A stretch of 64,000 bases of DNA. Source: Octopus sinensis. Lineage: Eukaryota. Location: the NCBI RefSeq assembly GCF_006345805.1, contig NC_043003.1:82460001-82524000 (forward strand), written 5' to 3'. A model generated the notes under the pieces. That model saw nothing but the letters and a program-made list of their open reading frames with translations, was not told the DNA's origin and did no database searches. Of the stretch, positions 1-11,825 are shown one piece after another (the stretch's first letter is position 1; the number at the start of each line of letters is the position of its first letter). The translations under genes and the position numbers were made by a program.

Positions 1-1470
1 GTGTTGATGCGTGGTCGGCCCACTTTCTTGGAGCGATGGACTTTTTTAGGGAGAATCCTCACCCTGCTTCTAATTAGTGAGTGGTCTGTGTCACAATCCG
101 CACTGTGGTAGCTGCGGGTCAATAGAGTAGAACTCAGAAAGGATCTCCGTGTAATGATGAGATCCAGCTGATGCCAGTGGTGAGATCTTGGATGTCTCCA
201 GGATGCCTTGTGGGATGGCTTGCTGGTAAAGAATGTGTTTGTGATGCACAGGTTGTGGTATGTGCAGAATTCGAGTAGTCTCTGACCATTGTCATTCATG
301 TTGCCAATACCAAAGTGTCCAACACAAATGGGCCACGAATCATGGTCAGATCCCACGCGAGCGTTAAAATCCCCTAGAAGGTAGATATTTTCAGTCGTTG
401 GTATATTTTCTAGGACACAGTTGAGATCTTTGTAGAACTGGTCCTTGGTCTCCTCTGAGCTATAGAGAGTGGGAGCATAGATGCTGAGTAGATGTACTGA
501 GCCAGAAGAAGTCGAGAGGCGCAGTGAGAGGATAGGCTCAGTGCCTCCCGATGGTGGTTCTATTGAGGAGAGTAGTGAGTTTCTCACTGCAAAGCCAACG
601 CCATGTTGACGAGGTTCTTCTGGATCTCTTCCCTGCCAAAAGAAGGTGAAGTCCTGCTCTTTGAGTCTGCCGATTGAGGGAAGTCTTGTCTCCTGCAGCC
701 CAGCAATATCTATGTTGAGCCTCTTTAGTTCACGGTCAATGATGGCCGTTTTCCTTGTGTCTTCAATACCGAGAAGATCGTCAGATATTCCAGGACACAT
801 GGTCCTGACATTCCAGCTTGCCAACTGCAGAACTGGTGTTTTCTTGAATTTTAGTTGCTTGCCTGGTGCAGAGGTTGCAGGCCGCATTTCGAGTCGTACT
901 CTTAGCTCCAAGCACCCAATGGAACAGGCGGCTTGTGGCGGGTCAGCACCTTATTAACTGGGGGCTGCCCAGCTTGAGGTGGGCAGTAGCTAACCAATAG
1001 GACACGGAAGTCCCTCCCACCGGCAGAGGTAACCCGTAGCGTCCATATTTTACGCCAATCTGAATGGACTTATCACTCGTAACTGTTACCTCCCGTGTTG
1101 TTTCTGCAGCTTTTTACAGCAGCACTAAAGTGTCCTCTCCAGTTTTGCGCAGGCCTGGGCTATAGATAAGAAAGTCCTGGGTAGCCCAATCGTCAGGTTT
1201 CCTCTCTCGACCTTGCTGATGTAGTCCAGTGGAGTGCAGTGCATTACGTTTGGCACCAGCTTGGTTGCAGGAGCTGCCGGAAGTGTGTCGAATCGAACAC
1301 TAGACCGCCTTCGGGGCTCCACTCCGGATTTCATTGAAGGTTGTCTCCTTTCCGTAACCCTGGATAGGGGCCCATACCGGGTACTGTCAGCCGGAGCCAG
1401 CTGAGCCCGGAACTCGTGTCAGGCAGGGTCGTCACTCCCTGAAGTGGTGAAGAAGTTCGCTACCCACTAC
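1..1470 (-). mobile_element. RTE-clade LINE, 5' portion (about 580-bp 5' UTR plus start of ORF); continues off the left edge
   Basis: Minus-strand translation gives a complete AP-endonuclease domain. A GC-richer UTR-like leader runs to about 1470; the exact 5' end is approximate. Confidence 0.9.
3..887 (-). CDS. RTE ORF N-terminus: apurinic/apyrimidinic-type endonuclease (295 codons, open to window edge)
   Basis: ATG at 887. Reads MRPATSAPGKQLKFKKTPVLQLASWNVRTM...DIAGLQETRLP...HGVGFAV...SIYAPT...LLGDFNARVG...NDNGQRLLEFC...LCITNTFF...HWHQLDLII...SADCDTDHSLI with no stop or frameshift seen. Absent from the ORF track because it runs off the edge. Confidence 0.9.
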   Translation of the reverse strand, partial: MRPATSAPGKQLKFKKTPVLQLASWNVRTMCPGISDDLLGIEDTRKTAIIDRELKRLNIDIAGLQETRLPSIGRLKEQDFTFFWQGRDPEEPRQHGVGFAVRNSLLSSIEPPSGGTEPILSLRLSTSSGSVHLLSIYAPTLYSSEETKDQFYKDLNCVLENIPTTENIYLLGDFNARVGSDHDSWPICVGHFGIGNMNDNGQRLLEFCTYHNLCITNTFFTSKPSHKASWRHPRSHHWHQLDLIITRRSFLSSTLLTRSYHSADCDTDHSLIRSRVRILPKKVHRSKKVGRPRIN

Positions 1471-1669
1471 CTTTTCAAGTAATGTTAAATTATTATTAGG
1501 TTTTTTTTTTTTTTTGCCTATGTTAAATTTCAACCACTAATATTCACCATCATCATCAACAGCAGCAGTTGTAGTAGAAGCAGCAATATCACTAGGAGGG
1601 AAGTGGGAAGGGGAGAGAATAGAGAGATATCCGGTATTGGTGGTGGGGGTGGGTTTGGGCGGGCGCACG

Positions 1670-4211
1670 GCGAACAGGTCAGCCGGAATTTAGGTAGAAA
1701 TTCTAATAGGTTGCTAGCGATGAGATCATTTAAAACTGTCAGTAGAGAGGGAGAAAAAAGAAAAAAGACCAAAAATATTCTTAGCTTTGCGTATCGCCAT
1801 CGTGTGGCAGAATAAAAATAAAAATGGCCAGCGAACAGGTCAGTCGGAATTTAGGTAGAATTAACGAAATTCTAATAGGTTGCTAGCGATGAGATCATTT
1901 AAAACTGTCAGTAGAGAGGGAGAAAAATGAAAAAAAGGACCAAAAATATTCTTAGCTTTGCGTATCGTCATCGTGTGGCAGAATAAAAATAAAAATGGCC
2001 AGCGAACAGGTCAGCCGGAATTTAGGGAGAATTAACGAAATTCTAATAGGTTGCTAGCGATGAGATCATTTAAAACTGTCAGTAGAGAGGGAGAAAAAAG
2101 AAAAAAGGAGCAAAAATATTCTTAGCTTTGCGTATCGTCATCGTGTGGCAGAATAAAAATAAAAATGGCCAGCGAACAGGTCAGCTGGAATTTAGGTAGA
2201 ATTAACGGAATTCTAATAGGTTGCTAGCGATGAGATCATTTAAAACTGTCAGTAGAGAGGGAGAAAAAAGAAAAAAAGGACCAAAAATATTCTTAGCTTT
2301 GCCTATCGTCATCGTGTGGCAGAATAAAAATAAAAATGGCCAGCGAACAGGTCAGCCGGAATTTAGGGAGAATTAACGATATTCTAATAGGTTGTTAGCG
2401 ATGAGATCATTTAAAACTGTCAGTAGAGAGGGAGAAAAAAGAAAAAAATGAGCAAAAATATTCTTAGCTTTGCGTATCGTCATCGTGTGGCAGAATAAAA
2501 ATAAAAATGGCCAGCGAACAGGTCAGCCGGAATTTAGGTAGAATTAACGAAATTCTAATAGGTTGCTAGCGATGAGATCATTTAAAACTGTCAGTAGAGA
2601 GGGAGAAAAAAGAAAAAAAGGAGCAAAAATATTCTTAGCTTTGCGTATCGTCATCGTGTGGCAGAATAAAAATAAAAATGGCCAGCGAACAGGTCAGCCG
2701 GAATTTAGGGAGAATTAACGAAATTCTAATAGGTTGTTAGCGATGAGATCATTTAAAACTGTCAGTAGAGAGGGAGAAAAAAGAAAAAAAGGAGCAAAAA
2801 TATTCTTAGCTTTGCGTATCGTCATCGTGTGGCAGAATAAAAATAATAATGGCCAGCGAACAGGTCAGCCGGAATTTAGGGAGAATTAACTAAATTCTAA
2901 TAGGTTGTTAGCGATGAGATCATTTAAAACTGTCAGTAGAGAGGGAGAAAAAGAAAAAAAGGAGCAAAAATATTCTTAGCTTTGCGTATCGTCACCGTGT
3001 GGCAGAATAAAAATAAAAATGGCCAGCGAACAGGTCAGCCAGAATTTAGGTAGAATTAACGAAATTCTAATAGGTTGCTAGCGATGAGATCATTTAAAAC
3101 TGTCAGTAGAGAGGGAAGAAAAGAAAAAAAGGACCAAAAATATTCTAGCTTTGCGTATCGTCATCGTGTGGCAGAATAAAATTAAAAATGGCAGCGAACA
3201 GGTCAGCCGGAATTTAGGTAGAATTAACGGAATTCTAATAGGTGCTAGCGATGAGATCATTTAAAACTGTCAGTAGAGAGGGAGAAAAAAGAAAAAAAGG
3301 ACCAAAAATATTCTTAGCTTTGCGTATCGTCATCGTGTGGCAGAATAAAAATAATAATGGCCAGCGAACAGGTCAGCCGGAATTTAGGGATAAATAACGA
3401 AATTCTAATAGGTTGTTAGCGATGAGATCATTTAAAACTGTCAGTAGAGAGGGAGAAAAAAGAAAAAAAGGACCAAAAATATTCTTAGCTTTGCGTATCG
3501 TCATCGTGTGGCAGAATAAAAATAAAAATGGCCAGCGAACAGGTCAGCCGGAATTTAGGGAGAATTAACGAAATTCTAATAGGTTGTTAGCGATGAGATC
3601 ATTTAAAACTGTCAGTAGAGAGGGAGAAAAAAGAAAAAAAGGAGCAAAAATATTCTTAGCTTTGCGTATCGTCATCGTGTGGCAGAATAAAAATAAAAAT
3701 GGCCAGCGAACAGGTCAGCCAGAATTTAGGTAGAATTAACGAAATTCTAATAGGTTGCTAGCGATGAGATCATTTAAAACTGTCAGTAGAGAGGGAGAAA
3801 AAAGAAAAAAAGGACCAAAAATATTCTTAGCTTTGCGTATCGTCATCGTGTGGCAGAATAAAAATAATAATGGCCAGCGAACAGGTCAGCCGGAATTTAG
3901 GTAGAATTAACGAAATTCTAATAGGTTGCTAGCGATGAGATCATTTAAAACTGTCAGTAGAGAGGGAGAAAAAAGAAAAAAAGGACCAAAAATATTCTTA
4001 GCTTTGCGTATCGTCATCGTGTGGCAGAATAAAAATAATAATGGCCAGCGAACAGGTCAGCCGGAATTTAGGTAGAATTAACGAAATTCTAATAGGTTGC
4101 TAGCGATGAGATCATTTAAAACTGTCAGTAGAGAGGGAGAAAAAAGAAAAAAAGGAGCAAAAATATTCTTAGCTTTGCGTATCGTCATCGTGTGGCAGAA
4201 TAAAAATAAAA
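1670..4211. repeat. Tandem array of 15 copies of a ~171-bp unit
   Basis: The motif cgaacaggtcag recurs at 1671, 1832, 2003, 2173, 2344, 2515, 2686, 2857, 3027, 3195, 3365, 3536, 3707, 3878 and 4049. Copies are nearly identical; the first lacks about 9 bp. Confidence 0.97.
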
Positions 4212-4224
4212 ATATATTTATTTT

Positions 4225-4313
4225 TATATAATATACATTATATAATATACATTATAAAAATTTATATAATATACATTATAAAAATTTATATAATATACAT
4301 TATAAAAATTTAT
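4225..4313. repeat. AT-rich ~24-bp minisatellite (tatataatatacattataaaaatt), about 3.5 copies
   Basis: Directly visible repeats right after the 171-bp array. Confidence 0.8.
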
Positions 4314-4642
4314 GGTTATCTTTTCGATATTATAGCGAAGAAAGCAACTATACTTATTTTCACATGAGAAATAATAAGAAAACAGGTGAAACCAAACTGT
4401 AATATCAGTAAAAATATTGCAGTTATCAGCTATTGCGTAGGTATATTCTATTAAACTATTTAAGCTGCACGAAAAAGAATCTTTGAAATCCGAATTATTT
4501 ATGTATGGAATTTATAACTTATGGATTACTGCGAAACCGAATTACAGTACATATTACATTGATCCGAAACTTTGATATTAGTGGAAGGAAGAGAGGAAGT
4601 GAGAACTAAGGCTTGAACAGTATATTTTGAATATGGTGGTGT

Positions 4643-4806
4643 TGTAATCCAACGTTGGACTGTTATAACGTCCACTCCGGTATAGCTAGACAAATAAGAC
4701 ACGACTACCTCGAACGACTGCTCGACGTCACAGTATTTCTAACAGCTAACACATACCACTCGTCACGTGGGCGGGGTGTTCCATTGTTATTGTTATCCCC
4801 ATAATA
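4643..4806 (-). repeat. Putative 3' LTR of the gypsy element
   Basis: Adjacent to a PPT-like aaaagggaga (minus strand, 4807-4816). Its first ~50 bp on the plus strand match 9170-9220, next to the PBS. Confidence 0.5.
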
Positions 4807-5249
4807 TCTCCCTTTTAACTTTTCTTTTTTCTTAGGGAGTGTAATTTTATTTCTTTTAATTAGCAATAATTTTTACATCGACCTACCTCCTAGTCTGAGT
4901 TTTTTCTTCATATAGTTACCCACTAAATATTGCTTTCGTTTAGCATCCACTTCCAGGAACTCATTTTCTTTTTCTTTCGCCTGTGCGTCTGGATTCACTT
5001 ATATGTAGTGGCGTCGGTACTTGAATAGTATCATATAACCATTTCTCTTGGCTTAGCTCTCAACGATTCCTTTTTAGTTGATTGATATGGCTCCTATGTA
5101 CCCCTTTTCTCTCTTTTATGAAATATACCATTTTTCCTAAGCCTTTCGTAACCACGCCATCTTCCGAACTTTATTTTCCGTTCTTATATGCCCTAACAAA
5201 TACATTTACACCAATTTTCAAATATCTTTTCTGTATTTTCCATTGCTCA

Positions 5250-8060
5250 CCAGGTAGCATTTGAAGAAAACTGATTTTATTTTCCTTGCAAACATCAGTT
5301 TCACAGATGTCATACCACCTGGTGTATTTTGATTTGGTGTCTTAAGAATTGTTGTGGAGCTTCTTCATCTGTGACTTCCTTATTCAACTTATTAGGGCTC
5401 ACTTGAAACCAACGACAAAGCTCTCTGTTTGTTCGTTAGATTTTGGATGGTATGGCTCCGTAGTTACATGTTCAACAGCGAACGTTTTACAAAACTTTTT
5501 TAACTCAAAGTAGTATTAACCGTTTAAGGGACCAGCGAAATCAATCTGTAGTTTCGACCAAGGCATAGCCATTTTTGGCCAAGGTTCACTTTTTATAGTC
5601 GGTAATTTTGCTGCTAGGGCACTTCCTCTACAGGCTTTCACTAAATTTTCAATTTCTCTATTCATGTTCGCCAGTACACGTAGCTATGCGTTAAAGCTTT
5701 CATCCTCGAAATACCAGGATGTCCAACATAGAATTCCCTCAACATTTTCTTTTGCAATGTTTCATGAATTACTACCCTCTCTACTTACATCAGTACGCCA
5801 TCACAAATTGATTATAGGTTCACGTCTTGGTTTCGTTTTGCACCGATTCTGTTCCTATTCACTTTTTCTCTGCAGTATTCTCTTCATTTCTGTTATGAAT
5901 TTGTCCTTTTTTGCATTCCGTTTTGTTTCCAAGTTTCACCGGTAATTTGCGTACCACATTTCATATTTCTTTTTTTTATTTCCCCTTCTGGTATTAGCGC
6001 TGCAATTACTGTGTCTTTGTATGGCTCGCAGTCTGGACAAACCATTCGCTTGCCCTAGTATTTTTTACGGTAAATATTCCATTTTATAGTCATAATTTAA
6101 TAATATAGTGCCCCATCGCTCTAGTCAATTCGCTGTGTGCGTTGGCATTCCGTTTTTTCGAACAGTGTTGACAGTAGTTGGTGCTGATCAGTTTATAGAC
6201 AGAAACTTCTTCCACGTATAAATCTATGGAATTGTTTTACACCGAATATCATTGTTAACCCTTCCTTTTCTATTTGACTATAGTTCCTTTCTACTGGTAA
6301 TAACGATCGGGACGCATGGGCTATATCCCTTTTACTCCCATCACCATATTTGTGCAGAATCACTGCTCCTACACCGTAATCACTTGCATCGGTAGTCAAT
6401 ATAACATCCAGCTTCGGATCAAAATGCGTTAACGATAAGTTCGATACAGTTCTATATTTAAAAGATAAGGAATTATGTACATTATTTACATCTGACGGAT
6501 ATTTATCCTCATCTTGTTTGTTGTTAACGTATCGGCTGATATACCTTCCAGGCCTCATCAGGTGTCTTGGGGAAATTTCGAACCTGGGTTCTCATTCCTA
6601 AGGTATTTGTCAATGTTGTTGTTGTTGTTGTTGTTCAGGTCACTGCTTGGAGTCTTGGGTGTCTTGGGGAAATTTCGATCCTGGGTTCTCATTCGTAAGG
6701 TATTTGTCAATGTTGTTGTTGTTGTTGTTCAGGTCACTGCTTGGAATCGAACTCGGAATCTTGGGGTTAGTAGCCCGCGCTCTTAACCACTACGATGTTA
6801 AAATGTTTTTTAATTCGTCAAATGCCTTCTGGCACTGATCGGTCCAGCAGCATTTTGCATGTTTCTTTAACAAATCATTTAGTGAGGCCCTTATATTGTG
6901 TATATTGGGAATATAAATTTGGTAGTAATGTACTAATCCCCAAAATATTTGTAGCATAATCACATTATTCGTGGTGAGCATATATTTTATCGCAATTGCT
7001 CTGGAAGTATCCGCTTTCCGCCAATTTTCCGTCCGTTTTTACATAATATCTTGCCCAAGAATTTAATATTTTTTTAGAGAGAACTCGTATTTAGTTTTCA
7101 CTTAACTAAAGACCGTATTCTCATATCTTTTCGAATACCCTTTTTACGTGTTCCACATGATTCGATTTTCATTAAAATATCGTTTAAATAGGCGATCGCA
7201 AAATCACTGTCAACATTACATGTTGAAAAATGGAAAGGGGCTACATTTACACCTAAGGGAAGCCTCTTAAACTTAAATAAGCCACAGTGTGCATTAATGG
7301 CTAATAAGTATGAGCATTCTTCTTCTACTTTGAATTGTAAATATGCCTCCGAGAGGTCTAATTTTTAAAAGAATTGCCCTCCATTCAACTTTGTGAAGAC
7401 TTTCTCAGGACTCGGAGTCGGCAATAGGTAGATATGCGAGAATAAGCAACCGTTTAAACCCGTTGAAAAATCTGCACGAACTCGTAACGTCTTCTCTATT
7501 TTTTTTGTACGTAGACTGTAGGTGCTGCCCAATATGATTGGTCCGTCTTCTCGATTATTCTTAAGCTTTCAAGTCTTTCGTGTTCTTTATTTACCTGTTC
7601 TAATGTCTAGTTGGCTTAAATACAGGTGTTGCAGTTTGTTTTACTATAATTTTTGCCTTCGTTTTCGTGCAGCAGCCCAGTTCATCCGAGTAAACATCAA
7701 GAAATAAATGTTCTATTTTTCGTTTCACTCCCTCAGCCGCATTCGGATCTTCGAATGAACTGACTATATTTCCTCACAAAACACTTATGGGTGTAATCCA
7801 AAATTTGAACAGCTCCATTCACTCTGGGCCGAAGAGATTAACTGCATATTTTCAACACACACTTTTACCGTTTTCATTTGGTCAAGAAAAGTCACATTAC
7901 ACACAAATTCACCTATAAAATACAATCTTTTATCCGTAACACCGCGTGCTATTTTTGTAGATTTACTTAATTTTGTCTTACCGATATACTTCCAAGTTTC
8001 TTCCTTCACAGTGGTGATATTACTTCCAGTATCAACTGCATTTTTACTCTTATATTTTCG
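5250..8060 (-). pseudogene. gypsy pol remnant (PR-RT-RH-IN), interrupted by a SINE
   Basis: Motifs as listed for the element. ORF-track fragments 6193-6558, 6790-6981 and 7785-8009 are pieces of it. Confidence 0.85.
6476..6794 (-). mobile_element. tRNA-derived SINE carrying a damaged hammerhead motif, with an internal tandem duplication
   Basis: Reverse complement matches 61172-61390: A-box/B-box head, CAA repeat, gagaacccaggttcgaaatttccccaagacac, CTGATGA. About 85 bp of the middle is duplicated. Confidence 0.85.
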
Positions 8061-9154
8061 ATTTTCACATTTACGAATTTCCTCTTTCTCACATTACCAT
8101 TTTCTTTCGACGACATCGTGATTATTCTTTTCTCCTTGTTCCAATACTTTGTCATCTTTGTTTTACAGTACGCTTTTACACGTCCGATTTTTCCACTACG
8201 GAAACCTTCCAGGGTTTCCCACGACGGAAATATTTAAGTCTTTTCTCAGCTGTACACTCCCACATGCAAAAGGTGGGTCTGTTTCCTGACTTTTGTCCTG
8301 CTTGTAGTGTATTTTAGTACACACGATTTCTATTCTGCCTGTTTCGCATTTGGGAGCAATCTTTATGTTCAGTTTACTCTGTGTCATGCCTTAAATTTAC
8401 TATCATTTCACACTCTTCTGACGCTTGTTTTAAGATTACAGCCTGGTTTTGTTTCAGCCTATCTAGATTCCTCGTTCTAATTCTGCGTCTTTTTCTGCAG
8501 TTAGTCCCTGAGGAAACACCAGGCACTTGAACATGTCTGGCTTTAACTCATCCAGTTTGAAGTTTTCGCTTTCTCTGTTAACTCTATCGGCATATGTGAT
8601 GTAGTCCTACTCGTTATACTTTACTAGGTTCAAATATTTCCAGCTTGTATTGAACAACCATCTTTTCCCGCTAACATTTTCCCAATGTGTCTTGTATTTC
8701 TAAAGTTTATGTCAGAAGGTTTTTTTCGGAAATAAGTAATAGCTGTAACATTCCTGTTCTCCTGCCGCCAGTTTTCTTATGATTATACGCGTTTTCATAT
8801 CGTCGTCTCAGTCTTTGCACACTTTATTGGGGATCTGTTCGTATCTTCTATAGTACGCCTCGAAGGTAAATCCTTCGTCTAGTTCATAATTAAATTCCGT
8901 TATTGGGTTTGCAACATAATCTGGCGAGAACATCTTTTCAACATTTTTTGACGACTTACTATTCATTAATTGTAGCATTTGTTACTGTAATGGTAATTGT
9001 TGTTTTTGTTGTTCTTGTAGTTGTTTTTATTGCTGTTTTTATAACTCGAGCAAACCGGCCAACAAATTCTCCATAATTTTACGATTTTGTATGCTGTAAA
9101 TTTCGCATAAAAACAAGGAGTTACGATTGTTTAATCTTCGTGAGTTTATTAATT

Positions 9155-9165
9155 CCCCGTCGCCA
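9155..9165 (-). promoter_or_regulatory. Primer binding site-like TGGCGACGGGG
   Basis: Lies 4 nt inside the LTR-like repeat starting at 9170. TGGCG is a common gypsy PBS start. Confidence 0.6.
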
Positions 9166-10405
9166 TAGTTGTTATCCAACGTCAGACTGTTATAACGTCC
9201 ACACCAGTATAGCTGTATAGTTAGGAGGGGTTTAGTACAGCATTGAATTCCACAATCACCGATGCCAATAGAAATGGCACTTGACAGATAGAAAAGAAGG
9301 AACAAGGAGAAAGAGAGGCAGAATGACAGGGAGTAAGAGAGTATTGTATTAGAATAGATTCAAAAACTTAAAACAGTGTAAATTAATATAATAATGTAAG
9401 ATGGCGAATGCAATTTTATAACTAACGCTCACGCTATGCACTTTTGTTATTTCTAGAAACAATAGGCTGAAATAGCGTTGCTAAGAGTTTGATCATTTTA
9501 ATTAATTCCTTATATCGGTGAAGGGCTGAGTAATTATAGGGAAGTAATGTATATTGTTTTAACGTGCATATCTTGCTCGCTAATTATAGCTTCTATTTCC
9601 TAATGAGCTGTAGAAATGTATGTAGTTTACTGCTGGTTTAGTCATCTATGCCAAAATCTATTCCTTCGAAAAGAAATTTACTTCTCGCCAATGATATTAT
9701 CTCTGTACATGATAATATATTAAATCACATGTATAAAGCTTTTATTTTTGAAACAATATATGCAATATATGGAAAATCTTGCGACACACTATCAGATTTT
9801 TACATGTAATCTTATTCTCTTTGATTTTGTACAGTATTCAAAAAGCGAAACAAAATTTCTTTTCGCAGTGTGACACTTTCAAGAAACTCTCTGCTAACAA
9901 ATCGGCGCCTGCTCGCTGTTCATAGTGAAAGACTGTAATGATTCTGATAGAAAATCTATACATTTTATTTAAATTATATTTAAGACCAGTTACTGCAATG
10001 AATATTTTAATATTAGTTGTATAATGTAGTATTATTTAGATATATGACCATCATCTTCATAATACAAGTTTACAGACAAAAAATACTTGCATAAACAAGC
10101 ATCTCTGAATAGGTTTTGTAACTGTATATCAAAACTTCCTATCACTACAGCTACATCTAGACTGTTTCAACAATGTTCGCATCAAATGAAGAACACTATT
10201 ACGGCTTATATCTTAAGGCATAAGTAGAAGCAATGTCTATAGAAATGTACATAAAAAATTTTATTCGTTGGGCACAGGCTGAGTACAGTCCTGTTGAAAT
10301 ACACATCCTATATGATATTAAAAATAAATAGAGGCAAAATGAACTGATTTTTACCTGTAATAAAAGCAATGTGAACATAAAACACAAACTTATTTTAAGA
10401 CAATA

Positions 10406-10634
10406 TATTTACTGCCCACAAGGGGTTAAACACAGAGGGGACAAACAAGGACAGACAAACGTATTAAGTCGATTACATCGACCCCAGTGCGTAACTGGTA
10501 CTTAATTTATCGACCCCAAAAGGATGAAAGGCAAAGTAGACCTCGGGGGAATTTGAACTCAGAACGCAACGGCAGACGAAATACGGCTACGCATTTCGCC
10601 CGGCGTGCTAATGTTTCTGCCAGCTCACCGCCTT
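10406..10634 (-). mobile_element. tRNA-derived SINE, family A (aaggcggcgagctggcagaaacgttag... head)
   Basis: Matches copies at 26560-26790, 42868-43100 and 51887-52115. Confidence 0.85.
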
Positions 10635-10825
10635 TTTTAAGATATAATATACACAGCTCATAACATATTACCTGCTAATTTACAGTGGTAATTTTTTATA
10701 CCTAGATAAGTTTGCTTTACAGAGATCTCGTTAAAAGGCCAGTGGTTCTAAACCTTTAAACAGTAGTTTCTAACCCTTTTATTTAAATGAATTTTCCCAC
10801 GGCCCCTTTTTAATATGCTTATCCT

Positions 10826-10903
<78 letters not shown>

Positions 10904-11361
10904 TGTGTGCGTGTGTGTGTCTGAGAGAGAGAGAGAGAGTGAAATTTTGAATATAGTTCACGGTCACGAAGTACTTACATTTGTAGACCAGTGGACCCCA
11001 GTTTGGGGAGCACTGAAATAGACCATTAATATTTAATGATTTCTTCAAAATAATATCCTTATTTTCTTTGCTAACATCAAGCTAAGCGGCTTCTGAATTT
11101 TTCTGAATGGATTTTTCAAAAAATTGGCTTTGACAGGACGTCAGACCGCATCGGGGTTATTTTGCATGTGTCATATGTAAATAATTGTAACTGAGTGTAG
11201 AGGAACAACGGAAAGTGAATTATTTTGCTCAGACAACCATGTGCAACATGGTCTGAGTATCAAACCAATGTTTTAATTATCGCATGGCCAACATTCTAAC
11301 AAAGTTTTCACCGAAAGTAATGTTATTGTTCAACTGTAACAATGCATAATTAATTGAAGAG

Positions 11362-11520
11362 TCACAACTGTGGCTGTAGGGTAAGAAGCTTGCTTCCCAG
11401 CCACATGGTTCCAGGTTCAGTCCCACTGCGTAACACTCTGTGCAAATGTCTTCTGCTATAGCCACGAGCCGACCAAAGCCTTGTGTATGGATTTGATAGA
11501 CGGAAACTGAAAGAGGCCCA
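11362..11520 (+). mobile_element. SINE family B, 5' half (3' half at 14640-14850)
   Basis: gtggctgt...ggttccaggttcagtcccactgcg...gacggaaactgaaag matches the intact copies at 17651-18036 and 62551-62969. Confidence 0.85.
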
Positions 11521-11635
11521 TATATATATAGTTAATCCAAACAAGAAAACACAGAAAAAAAGAGAAAAAAACACAGCAACGCAGGACGTGGAACAAATAA
11601 AGTATTATTGACGCTCAGGAAAGAAGAGAAGGAGG

Positions 11636-11670
11636 GTTTAACGTTTCGAGCGGAGCTCTTCGTCGGAAAC
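11636..11670 (-). ncRNA. Minimal type I hammerhead-like motif (U4C core variant)
   Basis: GTTT-CCGACGA-a-GAGC(tcc)GCTC-GAAAC-GTT-AAAC: stem I GTTT/AAAC, stem II GAGC/GCTC, palindromic AACGTT in place of stem III. Confidence 0.65.
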
Positions 11671-11825
11671 AAGGAAAAGGAAAGATCCCAAGAAGGGAAG
11701 ACAGAGGAGACAATATTTGCGCTGGTGGTGCTTAAGAGATCACATGTTGAAAAGAACAGAATTTGGAGGTAGTTGAAAAATGGTTTTATAATGCAAGAGA
11801 GTTCCCCAAAAAAGGGAATGCCTGT

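Larger units (their letters stand above)
4643..9250 (-). mobile_element. Degenerate Ty3/gypsy LTR retrotransposon
   Basis: Domain order on the minus strand is protease (VDTGSNIT, ~8030), RT (KLDLSEAYLQ...GLFKFKRLPLG...YLNDI, ~7200-7420), RNase H (TDASDYGVGAV...NYSQIEKEGL, 6193-6470), integrase (WSKLQIDFAGPL...TEPYHPKSN, ~5400-5580). PBS-like TGGCGACG at 9158-9165. Many stops and frameshifts. Right boundary approximate. Confidence 0.88.

Noticed and set aside
646-957. Plus-strand ORFs overlapping LINEs (also 18592-19047 and 24411-24926)
   Set aside because: Antisense shadows of the RTE and CR1 coding frames.
1670-4211. 171-bp array as a CRISPR array or a hammerhead-containing satellite
   Set aside because: Units are wholly repeated with no unique spacers. 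The gcgatga...aaaactgtc segment resembles an HHR core but has no stem II or stem I.
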